Part shown: positions 27,275 through 37,583 of the stretch, one piece after another | Numbering within the stretch: position 1 is the stretch's first letter | Layout of the letters: every line of letters begins with the position of its first letter | Virus record (IMG/VR): IMGVR_UViG_3300028887_000066 | Coordinates: 32,001 to 96,000 of that record | Length of the DNA stretch: 64,000 nt | Direction: 5' to 3' (one strand) | DNA from: a virus | Taxonomy: Duplodnaviria > Heunggongvirae > Uroviricota > Caudoviricetes | Translations under genes and position numbers: made by a program | The notes under the pieces: generated by a model | What the model saw: the letters and a program-made list of their open reading frames with translations, nothing else | Database searches by the model: none | Told to the model about the DNA's origin: nothing

Positions 27275-30200
27275 TTAAATTTCATCAAATTGCACACCTT
27301 GTGGAGTAACGACGAAATTGATCTCGATATATTCCAAAGTAGGAGTTGGCTTCACATAAAGCACTGCACTAATTTCGTGTGCATCCATCTGTTCAGGGGT
27401 CTGACTTGTAGTAAGCCTGTAATCGGTGATACCGCGATCAGTCTTGATCTGAGACAGGATAGGCTTGATGATTCCCTCGAAATCATTCCTCAATGTAGCG
27501 TCGTTCTGATCGAAGATAAGCTTCAATGCAGCCTGTGCGATAAGCTTGCGCATATAGAGCATAAGTCTTACGACATTTACGCGGTTCATCGGAGTGTCAC
27601 CTGAGTACATTGTCTTGTTACCCCAAATCTTAACGCCGTCCTCCGAGAATGTCTTGAGCGGATTGATACGTCCGTTATAAACATTGTCCTCATCCTCAAG
27701 CTTTGCGAAGAAATGCATCTTGATGCACTCAACGTTACCTCTTTCGATACCTGCTGGAGCATACCAAGGGAATTTCTTGTTGTCCACGTTGGCCATATTC
27801 CTGAGTGCGTCCTTTGTCGCGGGAAGATTCACATAAATTGAATTGTCCTTGTCAAAATACTTGACCCAAGGATAGTATGTTGCAGCGTAGTATGTATCGA
27901 TTCCTGCATCATCAAGGTTCTCTGCTGCATCGGCTGATGAATACATTTCGTGTCTTGCATCGCTTGCGCCGAATGGCTTGTCAGGAGTGGTTACGACATA
28001 AAGCGTATCGCCCCTCTTTTCCTCTATCATGTCAAGAACGTCATTCACAAGGGCATTGTTATTAACGTAGTCAATACCAGGTGTAGCGAACAGGTTAATG
28101 ACAAACTGTTCAGGACGTTCAAACTGATTAACGCCTGCAAGGTATGCGTAGTAGTCTGAAGTGATTGCATCCTTGTCGAGACCGAATGCCTCGTAATCCT
28201 GAATCTTCGAGAATGTAAGACCTTCTCCGTTTACGATAGAGCCTTTATACTTGTTAGCCTTGAATTCATCGGTATTTGTACGACTCTTCCTGTAAATGTC
28301 CCAACCGTCGAAGCCGCCGTAAGGATAAACGGTGAATTTACGGAGATTCACATTTTCAAACAATGTTCCTTCCATATCTTCCTCAGTTCCTATAATAGGT
28401 GAACCGTCGTATTCGCCGCCATATACAGGTGAAACAGTCTCCCAAGTAAGTCCGCTTGTTGTAATGTCTCCGTCAATAGTTACCATTGAACCCTCTCCAA
28501 GCACATCTTGATTAAGTGTTGAATCAAGGTGGAATGGGTTTGTATAACCGTGCGTATATTCGTCCGTGTAGGCATTCTTACCCTTATAATAGAGCATATC
28601 GACATCAACACCTCTCAAGTCAGAAAGACCGAAATAGTGTCTCTTTGGCTTTTCATCAGAATATGTAGTATTATATGCAAAAGTAGGAGCTATAAGGTTA
28701 TCGTCATTTGCAATAGCTGCATAATCCCTTACAGGATAGCCCAAGAAACCGCAAGGCACGCAGTTACGTGTCATTTCATTGTCGATAATCTCAACCATTA
28801 CAAATTTAGACATAGACTCATAAGCACCGTCAAGAGTACCGATCTTCAAACCAATGTACTTTGAATCACCAGGCATCATTGTAAGACCCTTGAATGACTC
28901 AAGAATAACAGGATTCGTATCTGAATCATTGAAATCTCTTACAAGCACATCAAAGCGTCCTTCGTCGGGTTTGATGTTGGCAATTGAAATTTTTACAAGT
29001 GAGTTTGAGTTAGTACCATCGGAAATAGTATGGAATCTGAACAGTTTTTTGACCTCAAGATTCTTACTGTCACCCTTTATTTCTGATACGATCCAAGGAG
29101 TAGACGCGCAACGGAACTCTTCATGATAGTCGCTCATATTTGTTGCCGCAACAACATTTGGATGTTCATCGTCATCATTGAGATGGAAGAATGAATTTCC
29201 GCTGATAACCTTAACAGCCTTAACTGTGTTATATCCAGCCATTTCGTCAGATTCAACCTTGCCTACTGCTATATCTGTATCAACGTATACATAGGTTTTT
29301 GAACCGTCTGTCTCTGTAATAGCCTTTACTACATAGATATGACCGACCTCCAAATTCTTGTACTTATTTTCCTCGGCATCCTTATCATAAGCCTGATATG
29401 TTTCATCCCCTGCTGTACTTCCGTCACAAAGGTATCTTTGACCAAGGTATTTTCTTGTAAGGTTTGCTGAAGGTATGCTGATAAAATCGGCGACAGGATT
29501 CATGACGGCTTCAATACGGGTTTCGCTTATTTTAGTAACGACACCGTTAGCTTCTGGGGCATCATTAACACCCTTGTTCATATCGATAATTGAAACCTTT
29601 CCCTCTTCTGCAAGCTTCTGAAGCATTACGTCGTAGAATTCCTCCACGAACACTGCTGCTGTACCGTTTGTTGGATCGGAACCAAGAACATTGTAAATAT
29701 AGTCCTTGCTTCCTGCATTGAAAGAAACGGGGTATTCACCTATCTTTGTATATCCGATTTCATTTTCTGCCTTGCTTGTGGCTTTGTATGCGATAAGTGT
29801 GAAACGTCCTAAATTGTTTGCCGTAACATCGATTGTTTCAGGTGCGTCAGGATCAGTCTCCTTTTTCTTACCAGTGCAGTCATATTCGTTATGAATGTCT
29901 GTATAAGGCTTGATCTCAAGCTTGTCACAGTCAAACATAAGTGTATCGTATTTCTTTTCCTTATCGTCGCAATTGTTCGCCCCATTCCAGAATTTGTAGT
30001 ATGAGCCTCTTGACCTCAACACAGCAACAATATATTTGCTATCGTCATCACCACTTGCAGTGATTAACCAAGCAGGGCCAGCGTTGTATCCGCTAAGACC
30101 AAGCACGCGGCATACATAAAGTTGGTCAGATGCTGAAAGATATGATTTCGCAATATATGGCAATTCATACTTCGGATATTCGCTTCCTCCCTTGAAAGTC

Positions 30201-30394
30201 TCAGGGGATGTTCCACCAAAGTAACTTGTGAATTCCCCCCAATTTGCGATAGGAATTGGCTCAAAGGCAGGCCCTTTCTTTGTTTCGCCTACAAGACCAA
30301 GTGTTGTTATACCTAAGCTCTTAGCTGCATATGACAAGTCTGTAAACTGTGTGTATACGCCTGGACTTGAGTGAGTACCTCTAATTTTTCCCAT
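27275..30394 (-). CDS. tail sheath protein (T4 gp18-like)
   Basis: N-terminal SPGVYT..LGLVGETKKGPAFEP; C-terminal YYPWV..PWYAPAGIERG..RINP..IWGNKT..RVNVVRL..KPTPTLEYIEINF. Confidence 0.95.
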   Translation of the reverse strand: MGKIRGTHSSPGVYTQFTDLSYAAKSLGITTLGLVGETKKGPAFEPIPIANWGEFTSYFGGTSPETFKGGSEYPKYELPYIAKSYLSASDQLYVCRVLGLSGYNAGPAWLITASGDDDSKYIVAVLRSRGSYYKFWNGANNCDDKEKKYDTLMFDCDKLEIKPYTDIHNEYDCTGKKKETDPDAPETIDVTANNLGRFTLIAYKATSKAENEIGYTKIGEYPVSFNAGSKDYIYNVLGSDPTNGTAAVFVEEFYDVMLQKLAEEGKVSIIDMNKGVNDAPEANGVVTKISETRIEAVMNPVADFISIPSANLTRKYLGQRYLCDGSTAGDETYQAYDKDAEENKYKNLEVGHIYVVKAITETDGSKTYVYVDTDIAVGKVESDEMAGYNTVKAVKVISGNSFFHLNDDDEHPNVVAATNMSDYHEEFRCASTPWIVSEIKGDSKNLEVKKLFRFHTISDGTNSNSLVKISIANIKPDEGRFDVLVRDFNDSDTNPVILESFKGLTMMPGDSKYIGLKIGTLDGAYESMSKFVMVEIIDNEMTRNCVPCGFLGYPVRDYAAIANDDNLIAPTFAYNTTYSDEKPKRHYFGLSDLRGVDVDMLYYKGKNAYTDEYTHGYTNPFHLDSTLNQDVLGEGSMVTIDGDITTSGLTWETVSPVYGGEYDGSPIIGTEEDMEGTLFENVNLRKFTVYPYGGFDGWDIYRKSRTNTDEFKANKYKGSIVNGEGLTFSKIQDYEAFGLDKDAITSDYYAYLAGVNQFERPEQFVINLFATPGIDYVNNNALVNDVLDMIEEKRGDTLYVVTTPDKPFGASDARHEMYSSADAAENLDDAGIDTYYAATYYPWVKYFDKDNSIYVNLPATKDALRNMANVDNKKFPWYAPAGIERGNVECIKMHFFAKLEDEDNVYNGRINPLKTFSEDGVKIWGNKTMYSGDTPMNRVNVVRLMLYMRKLIAQAALKLIFDQNDATLRNDFEGIIKPILSQIKTDRGITDYRLTTSQTPEQMDAHEISAVLYVKPTPTLEYIEINFVVTPQGVQFDEI

Positions 30395-30429
30395 ATTTTA
30401 TTATTCTATTATTTACTTGATTATTTTCT

Positions 30430-30437
30430 TATAAATA
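30430..30437 (-). promoter_or_regulatory. putative late promoter TATTTATA
   Basis: About 36 nt before the sheath ATG. Confidence 0.6.
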
Positions 30438-30489
30438 CCCTTTGTTTTCCGAAAATTAAATACACGGTCATAAAAAGCGTAATTTTCCA

Positions 30490-30864
30490 TTAATCGTACA
30501 CTTCATCTGTGAAATCCTCGTTGTAGGAATCACTTCCAGTAGGTGTCCCGAAATCATACATTAAATGCACAATAGGGTCAGAATCCGTAAGGATGTTGTT
30601 GTCTTTGTCTTCATAGTACAATATGAATTCGCCATCATAGAACTTCAAGAAAATGGTGTTGTCAGAAAACACCTCTCCGATGTATTCATTGTTTGCATCA
30701 TAATCGTATATGTCTACAGTTTCACCCTTTTTAATCTTATTGATGACACTAAGGCTTTTTGAACCTGATGTGTTGTCATCCCCGTCATATGGTGTGGCAA
30801 ATCTCACATCATTATTGTGAAACTTCACCGTATTTGTGTATGAGGTCTTAAATACTGATAACAT
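30490..30864 (-). CDS. hypothetical protein
   Basis: 124-aa ORF in the neck/tail operon. Confidence 0.65.
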   Translation of the reverse strand: MLSVFKTSYTNTVKFHNNDVRFATPYDGDDNTSGSKSLSVINKIKKGETVDIYDYDANNEYIGEVFSDNTIFLKFYDGEFILYYEDKDNNILTDSDPIVHLMYDFGTPTGSDSYNEDFTDEVYD

Positions 30865-30876
30865 TGTCTTATCTTA

Positions 30877-32025
30877 TTATTCGTTATTGATTATATAGTT
30901 AAAATATTCGGCTATTGATTTCTTGTCACTGAGGTCAATGACATTGCCGATCTCATCCTCATTCAAAATTATATTAGGATTATACCCTCTTAATATCAAT
31001 GAAGCAAAGTTCTGCACGTTCTGTTTCTTGACAGATACCTCGAACCTATCGCCGTCATATGCTTCTATATAGCCTGATTTATTATCCATCTCCTTATTGT
31101 TAATAACTAATGTATAACCATTTGGTATTATATTGTTAAGGACGGCATCAGTTATTGTAAAATCAGTATCTATAGTAAATTCGACGGTAGAGCATTTCTT
31201 TGGAAATTCTATTTTCAGGTCAATTCCTTCAAATGATTTTGCATCATATTCTGTTATATTCACCTCAGGCTTGCTTCTCTTGACCTTCATATTATAAATA
31301 CCAAGATTCATCTTGAAAGGTCTCTCCTCAACCCTGTAGTCATCTTCGGTAATAATATATGCCATTACCTTTATTTTGTATGTCTGTGAATAAAACTGTC
31401 TGTCATCGATATTGTAGTCCGATTCATCACTTATGTTTTCAAGTGTCATCGGCATATAATGACCGTTTGGTCTTATATAGCATTGTCTTGCGGCAAATTT
31501 TTTGTTGATCAATGTATTGAAAGTATTCAATGATGAATATTTCGTAGAAAATATACTGAGCTTAAACATTAGGTCAACTGCCACTGGCTGCTTCATTTTT
31601 AATAATAACAATGACTCGGAGCCGTTGTCATCCAATGCCAATGTTTTTTTCATTGTATAAAACCTTTCGCCTGGAATGTTCCAAAGCCCCGACTGTATTT
31701 TTCCGTACTGTGGATTGTTTTCCCTGTTGACCGTCTTGAAATTCAAAAGCAGGTTATTGTTTGAATCCGTATATTTCCATGACTGAGAATACTCCGAAAA
31801 ACGTTGGTTACTGTATAATGTCATTGTTGGAAATACCGTTCCCTCGTCGCTTATTATCCTCAGTTCCTCATCAGCCCACCTTTTAAAATCTGCGTCAATG
31901 TCATCATACACAACAGTTTTCGGAATAAATGTACCATTTGAGAGGATGTCCTTCATTAATTCTATCCTGCGCTCCTTTCCTACTGCGCCCTCTCTAAGTT
32001 GCAGGTAATTTTTATTCGCTCTCAT
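30877..32025 (-). CDS. tail terminator / sheath stabiliser (gp15-like)
   Basis: YDDIDADF..QPVAVDLMFKLSIFS..MTLENISDES..RQFYSQTYKIKVMAY; the ATG at 32025 overlaps the upstream stop (TAATG). Confidence 0.6.
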   Translation of the reverse strand: MRANKNYLQLREGAVGKERRIELMKDILSNGTFIPKTVVYDDIDADFKRWADEELRIISDEGTVFPTMTLYSNQRFSEYSQSWKYTDSNNNLLLNFKTVNRENNPQYGKIQSGLWNIPGERFYTMKKTLALDDNGSESLLLLKMKQPVAVDLMFKLSIFSTKYSSLNTFNTLINKKFAARQCYIRPNGHYMPMTLENISDESDYNIDDRQFYSQTYKIKVMAYIITEDDYRVEERPFKMNLGIYNMKVKRSKPEVNITEYDAKSFEGIDLKIEFPKKCSTVEFTIDTDFTITDAVLNNIIPNGYTLVINNKEMDNKSGYIEAYDGDRFEVSVKKQNVQNFASLILRGYNPNIILNEDEIGNVIDLSDKKSIAEYFNYIINNE

Positions 32026-32567
32026 TACAGGTTCTTTGTTTCGGTTACATCGCTTACAACAGCACACTTCACGGTTCTGTAATATGGTACAGTCCCCCAA
32101 AGTGTATGGGCATTGTCAAAATTAACCCTTCCGTCATCAGTCACTATGAAATATTCCATATGTTCAGGATTTACCTGAAGTCCTATGTAATCGCCTCTTT
32201 TTATGTCACAGCCATTTTCTTCAAGTTCCTTATTGTAGATTGTAAATTCAAATTTACCAACCTTTGCATAATACCCCTTTATGGCCGTTTTATCATATGT
32301 CTTTAGCTCGTGCTTATCCAATCTATAAATGACATTAAGTTCTACAGGTGTTTTGAATATGATATTATCAAAATCCGATTCCTTATATATGTCATTCATG
32401 TTTGTCTTTTCAAGATCGACTTCATACAATACAATTGTTTGGTTAAGGACATGATTCACATATTCCATGCCAATCCCTGCTTGCACATGAAACTGTTCAT
32501 CAGACATAAACAGATTATTTCTGTTTATCGGGTTTTTCCTTCTTATCGTACTGTTGTCTATCTTCAT
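32025..32567 (-). CDS. neck / head closure protein (gp14-like)
   Basis: VLYEVDLEKT..DIY.E..F..PVEL..LEE..DIKRGDYIG; located upstream of the gp15-like and sheath genes. Confidence 0.65.
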   Translation of the reverse strand: MKIDNSTIRRKNPINRNNLFMSDEQFHVQAGIGMEYVNHVLNQTIVLYEVDLEKTNMNDIYKESDFDNIIFKTPVELNVIYRLDKHELKTYDKTAIKGYYAKVGKFEFTIYNKELEENGCDIKRGDYIGLQVNPEHMEYFIVTDDGRVNFDNAHTLWGTVPYYRTVKCAVVSDVTETKNL

Positions 32568-32646
32568 TTTCAGACACTCTTTAAGAATAAATACTTCTTT
32601 TGAACTATTTATTGTATATTTGGAAAAGAAAAATCAGAATTACAAT

Positions 32647-33876
32647 ATGGACAATAATAGTAAGATTACAGCCGCAAAGATTGTATCCATGATGGAAAGG
32701 ATGGATACGCATCAAACATATAATGCGGCGATGCTTAATGAGTCACAAATCATCCTTGAATCCACAAGGGTCACTGCTGACAGTTTCTTGGAATTCCTTA
32801 CCAAGAATATGATACATAAAGGGCCGTTTGTACAACTTGGATACCTTCAGATTTATCCTACAGATACTGCCTATCCTACCGACGACTATTACAAGGCAAT
32901 GTCGGATACAAGAAGTGAATTCACGGATAACTCACGAAATCTCGGAAGGTTTGATCAATATATGGACAAAGTTTCCAATAGCGAATGGAATATGCCTACA
33001 GGACGTAAAAAGCCAAATAGTGACATCAAGGCAATGAAGAATAAGCTTTATCCTTATGTACTGAAGCTCACCAACTACACACTCCATTGGCAGACATACA
33101 ATGACTACGCGAAAAAATCAAGTGACGCATACAATGAGCTTGATGCCATCAAGGGACAAATGAGCGACGATACAAGGTCTAAACTGTTTGGTGCGCCACG
33201 GGCAAAGTCAAATTCGGGATATTATCCCATCGGAGCCGCAGGAAACTATGACATTCTCACATTTGGTGATAAAGATGATAATGGTAATTATACGGCTAAA
33301 AGTCAGGAATACTTTACAGACCCAGACAATCCCGATTCAAAGGTACTGTATGACCGCACGGCAATTAGGAATTTCCTTTCTGACATCAAGCCGCAACGTC
33401 CTGTGTATTTTGGGGTCGATGAAAACGGAAATATTGACCCAATTCCAAAGTCATTAGGCAAACTTCTGTATAACCCATCCATCAGTCACGATTCAAAATT
33501 GGCACAAATAAGTGACCCGAATGAAATTGCCCTCGCAAAAAAATATTTTGACTTGGAAGACAAGAATGGCATGGCGAACAAAACATTCATTCTTCAGAAC
33601 GTCGCTTATATTTGTGGTGTGGCTACTGAAGCTGGCGGCAAGAAACGTTCTGTATATTGGGTAAATAAGAACCCGCTTTTCCTTCTTACACGTCAGAAGC
33701 AGATAAACAAGGTGAAAACCACATTCAAATACTTGTTTAACAATATGAATAATGATGAGTTACAGGAAATCATTAACAGATACGCAAGAAATGAGACCGA
33801 TGAACTGATGGCAATGGCCAACACGAATGCACAGGGTCAGACTATTTATGCAAATCCTGATGATTTGGCGGTGTAA
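32647..33876 (+). CDS. hypothetical protein (possible head-internal protein)
   Basis: Likely ATG at 32647, after TATTTATT (32606) and TATATTTG (32615); followed by a terminator at about 33896-33930. Confidence 0.7.
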   Translation: MDNNSKITAAKIVSMMERMDTHQTYNAAMLNESQIILESTRVTADSFLEFLTKNMIHKGPFVQLGYLQIYPTDTAYPTDDYYKAMSDTRSEFTDNSRNLGRFDQYMDKVSNSEWNMPTGRKKPNSDIKAMKNKLYPYVLKLTNYTLHWQTYNDYAKKSSDAYNELDAIKGQMSDDTRSKLFGAPRAKSNSGYYPIGAAGNYDILTFGDKDDNGNYTAKSQEYFTDPDNPDSKVLYDRTAIRNFLSDIKPQRPVYFGVDENGNIDPIPKSLGKLLYNPSISHDSKLAQISDPNEIALAKKYFDLEDKNGMANKTFILQNVAYICGVATEAGGKKRSVYWVNKNPLFLLTRQKQINKVKTTFKYLFNNMNNDELQEIINRYARNETDELMAMANTNAQGQTIYANPDDLAV

Positions 33877-33957
33877 CTTATAGATATATAACAGTAAAAC
33901 GGTAGCATTTATTGATGTTACCGTTTTTTATTTGTATTTTTATAAAAACTTTATTTA

Positions 33958-35973
33958 ATGGCAAGTCTGAAAAAAAAGAATGAAATATACGAAATACTGA
34001 AAAACTACAATGGTGGAAACCCATACATCCTTATGTTAAGAAGAGATGTATTTGTTAATAATGATTTAGATGTACTGGGTGATTTTCAAATAGAATATGT
34101 AATTAAAAACCTGAATTTCAAACCATTACCGATAAATAAAATAACAAGGTTAGTTGATTGGTATGCAGAAAAGAAAAAAGTTGATTGGAAAACGGAGTTT
34201 TTACCTGAAAAGATAAAGATAGTTACCTTATTAGGTGAAACAAACTCGACATATCATTGCTATGTAAAATATCGTCAATCCGTTGACCCAGTAATGTGTT
34301 TCATCCCTAAAAGGGCAATTTTAAAAAATTTCTTGGTTAAGGACTACAAAAATTTAGAAGTGGATTTTGACAGATACGACAGACTTTCAACAGGAAAAGA
34401 CCCTAACAGGAAATTATATGAACATCAAAAGGAAGCTGTCAAATTCTTGCTTGCAAGAAAAAAATGTATTTTAGCTGATGACCAAGGTTTAGGGAAAACA
34501 ACCTCTTTGTCTGTTGCAGCAATTGAGGGTAACTTTGATTCTGTCGTGGTTATCTGTCCAGCTTCACTTAAAACAAATTGGGCAAAAGAACTTTTTTGGT
34601 ATTGCAATGAAAAAGATGTCTCCGTCATTGAATCATTCAACGATAAGAGAAAAGACGAACTTGAGGGCTTACTTGGATATTCTATTGGAAAATCAGGAAA
34701 GAAGAAGGAAGAATTGCTGTTAGAAGCGAAAGAACGCGGAAAATGGGAAGACAACCGATTCGTCATCGTAAACTATGATATTCTTGATGAATTTTATAAA
34801 ATACCAAAGAGCAGAGGTAAAGAATCGCTATCTGATGCATTCGCCCAAAGCCCGTTGCTAAGATACATTAATAATCGGAAATCACTTATTGTAATCGATG
34901 AAGCGCACAGGCTTTCAAACAGTACGGCAAATACATATAAAATAGTGAAAGACCTTATAAAAAGAGGAAACCCCGATTCAATATATCTTTCTACAGGTAC
35001 GCCTATAACTAATAACCCGCAAAACTTATATTGCCTGCTTCAGCTTTTAGATGATTCCGTTGCCGAGGACTATGACTATTATATGAAACGTTATTGTGGG
35101 GCCATTGAAATAGTCGCCCCAAAAGATAAAGAAAAACGGAATTTAATATCTGATGCCTATGTAGCGCAAAAGGGAAAAACTACTTGGTTTGCCCTTACGG
35201 ATGAGGAAAAGAAGGAGCTTGATGAGCGTATCAGGAAAAATTGCCGAATGATGACAATAGCGAAAGACGCGACGCATCTTGATGAACTGAAGGAGCGAAT
35301 TTCGCACATTTACATGAGGCGCATCAAAGAAGAATTGGGTACGATACCTGAGAAAATATATCACGATTTAAGATACGAGCTTACATACGAACAGCGTCAA
35401 GAATATAGCAGGCTTTGGGATGAATATGAGGAAGCGAAGAAAAACGAAGAACCTGAAAAGGAGCTTAACAGAGAACTATTGGAAGGCTCTATTTATAGGA
35501 AGTATCTTGCTGATCAAATGGTCGAACACACTATCAAATTCGTTAACGACCTTATATCGAAAGGCGAAAAGGTCGTGATAGCATGCTGTTATGATACCGA
35601 ATTGTATAGTTTAAGGGATTATTATGGAAATAAATGTGTAATTTATAACGGTAAGATAACGGCCAAACAAAAGGATGCCGCTATCGAAAGGTTCTATAAC
35701 GACCCTGAATGTATGGTGTTTATTGGAAATAACGTCAGTGCCTCAGTAGGAATTACATTGATAAACTCATGTAATCTTGTATGGAATTCATTCAGCTACT
35801 CAAGCGTGGATGTAAAGCAATTTCAAGACAGGATTTGCCGAATCGGGCAAAAAAGAAAATGTCACATATGGTTTCAAATGTTCTCAGATACCCAAAATGA
35901 ACATGTGTGGGATATTGTCCTAAAAAAAGAACTAATTTCAAATACGGTTATTAAGACTGAAAAGGAAAAATGA
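33958..35973 (+). CDS. SNF2-family helicase (HARP/SMARCAL1-like)
   Basis: LADDQGLGKT, VICPASLKTNW, IDEAH, STGTPITN, VGITL and QFQDRICRIGQ motifs. Confidence 0.93.
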   Translation: MASLKKKNEIYEILKNYNGGNPYILMLRRDVFVNNDLDVLGDFQIEYVIKNLNFKPLPINKITRLVDWYAEKKKVDWKTEFLPEKIKIVTLLGETNSTYHCYVKYRQSVDPVMCFIPKRAILKNFLVKDYKNLEVDFDRYDRLSTGKDPNRKLYEHQKEAVKFLLARKKCILADDQGLGKTTSLSVAAIEGNFDSVVVICPASLKTNWAKELFWYCNEKDVSVIESFNDKRKDELEGLLGYSIGKSGKKKEELLLEAKERGKWEDNRFVIVNYDILDEFYKIPKSRGKESLSDAFAQSPLLRYINNRKSLIVIDEAHRLSNSTANTYKIVKDLIKRGNPDSIYLSTGTPITNNPQNLYCLLQLLDDSVAEDYDYYMKRYCGAIEIVAPKDKEKRNLISDAYVAQKGKTTWFALTDEEKKELDERIRKNCRMMTIAKDATHLDELKERISHIYMRRIKEELGTIPEKIYHDLRYELTYEQRQEYSRLWDEYEEAKKNEEPEKELNRELLEGSIYRKYLADQMVEHTIKFVNDLISKGEKVVIACCYDTELYSLRDYYGNKCVIYNGKITAKQKDAAIERFYNDPECMVFIGNNVSASVGITLINSCNLVWNSFSYSSVDVKQFQDRICRIGQKRKCHIWFQMFSDTQNEHVWDIVLKKELISNTVIKTEKEK

Positions 35974-36179
35974 AGACAATTTATACGTTAAAGACATCAT
36001 TTATGAATGGTACTGTCACCATGATGACAGACGTTGCAAATTTCACGGATAGAAATGTCGCGGAGGAAACGGAAAAAACCGTAAAAGAAAAAAATAAGTC
36101 ACAGAACATATATACTGAAATAACGGAAACCTATCTGTATGAAAACAGGGACGAGGTTCCAATTCTAAAAGAAAATTAA
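35970..36179 (+). CDS. hypothetical protein
   Basis: 69 aa; ATGA overlap with the helicase stop. Confidence 0.6.
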   Translation: MKTIYTLKTSFMNGTVTMMTDVANFTDRNVAEETEKTVKEKNKSQNIYTEITETYLYENRDEVPILKEN

Positions 36180-36186
36180 ATTTCAC

Positions 36187-36570
36187 ATGGATGCAAATAC
36201 TGAAACGTTATCATTAGTATATATAAGCTTACTTGGTCAGAACAGTGAAGGTCTGTATGAATATGAGCTTTTTTTTTCAGACACGCCCGATATTGTATGG
36301 GGTGAAGATTGGGCAGAGCAATGTCCCGCCGCTATAGGCGATATACCACCCGATGAAAAGACAATTTCAACCGTTAAAAGGATATTGTCGCCTTACGTCA
36401 TAAAATGTGCGCAAGAAAACCCATGCTTTTCGTTCCAAGATTGCATTGACGGAATAATAAAACTTTGCTACATCGAAGTTAATGATGCCTTTATACTGAA
36501 AATCTCATTCGGTGAATCATATGATGATGTGGCTGCTAAATTAAAAAAATTCGGAATTGAACTATTATGA
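36187..36570 (+). CDS. hypothetical protein (paralog A)
   Basis: Shares LVY..G.NS...YEY...FS.TPDIVWG..W with the next gene. Confidence 0.75.
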   Translation: MDANTETLSLVYISLLGQNSEGLYEYELFFSDTPDIVWGEDWAEQCPAAIGDIPPDEKTISTVKRILSPYVIKCAQENPCFSFQDCIDGIIKLCYIEVNDAFILKISFGESYDDVAAKLKKFGIELL

Positions 36571-36992
36571 ACGAGGATGAACTTTTCCTGGTGTATGTTA
36601 ATCCTATAGGAGAAAACAGCATTGAATGGTATGAGTATGATGTCTATTTCTCAAAAACACCCGATATTGTATGGGGATATGGATGGGATTGTGAATTTGC
36701 CGCACAGGGCGACATAGAACCACCAGATAAACAGACTTATTGTTTAGTTAAGAGGTTAAAAACAAATATACCATTACAATGTGCGCAAAACAATAACAGC
36801 TATGGAATGAGATATGCCGTTGAAGACATCATATCTTTAGCTTTTGAAGATATATCAGAATATGATGAATACCCTGATGATAGAGTTGTTTTACATTTTG
36901 GGGAAACATATAGAAGCGTTGAAAATAAGTTTGCATTAAGGCATCAATTGTTTTCAGACGATATGGACATTAATAATGAGAAGCCAAGTTAA
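36567..36992 (+). CDS. hypothetical protein (paralog B)
   Basis: Tandem paralog of the previous gene; ATGA overlap. Confidence 0.75.
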   Translation: MNEDELFLVYVNPIGENSIEWYEYDVYFSKTPDIVWGYGWDCEFAAQGDIEPPDKQTYCLVKRLKTNIPLQCAQNNNSYGMRYAVEDIISLAFEDISEYDEYPDDRVVLHFGETYRSVENKFALRHQLFSDDMDINNEKPS

Positions 36993-37014
36993 TTCCTGGC
37001 TCCTCATATTTCAT

Positions 37015-37476
37015 TTATATTCTTGTATATATTCCGTTTTTATATTTAAGATACTGTTTTCTTTGCTGTTTGTTCCTGTTATAAAGAGCGATATGTACCC
37101 ATTGTGAATTTCCGCTGAATTCATTTATATATTGGTCAAAAGCCATATTGTTATTCTTCAGCCATTTCATCACGAATGACTTAAATTCGGCTATTTTACC
37201 ATTAGCGGGTTTTATATCAGCCGCCCATCCTGTTGTATGGGCTGATGTGGAACTTCCGCCGACAGCCTTGTTTAATGCAGGACATCTGTAGCCCGAATTC
37301 ACTTTTATCCCTGAACCCCAAGCAACCCTAAGAGGCTCAAGAATCACATTTACTAATTCCTGAATATTTCCTACTATTTCCGAATTCGGTGTATTGTCTA
37401 TATTACGTTTTTCCGCAGTAGAAGACTCTATGAATTCAGACAATGTAAAATGTTCCGATAATCTTGTTAATGCCAT
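37015..37476 (-). CDS. peptidase M15A Zn endolysin
   Basis: LSEHFTLSEF, SGYRCPALNKAVGG, SAH..GWAAD and WVHI motifs; likely start MALTRL at 37476. Confidence 0.9.
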   Translation of the reverse strand: MALTRLSEHFTLSEFIESSTAEKRNIDNTPNSEIVGNIQELVNVILEPLRVAWGSGIKVNSGYRCPALNKAVGGSSTSAHTTGWAADIKPANGKIAEFKSFVMKWLKNNNMAFDQYINEFSGNSQWVHIALYNRNKQQRKQYLKYKNGIYTRI

Positions 37477-37501
37477 ATTTATGTTGTTTACTATTTTTCT
37501 G

Positions 37502-37553
37502 TATATTTGTACTAACCGTTCCGATGCCAGCCGAAATGCGGGCTTAAAACGGT
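37502..37553 (+). promoter_or_regulatory. sigma-A -7 box and structured leader of the DNA polymerase gene
   Basis: TATATTTG at 37502-37509, then nested stems ACCGTT/AACGGT and AGCC/GGCT. Confidence 0.55.
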
Positions 37554-37583
37554 ATAACACTTATTTTATATAAATACTTTAAA

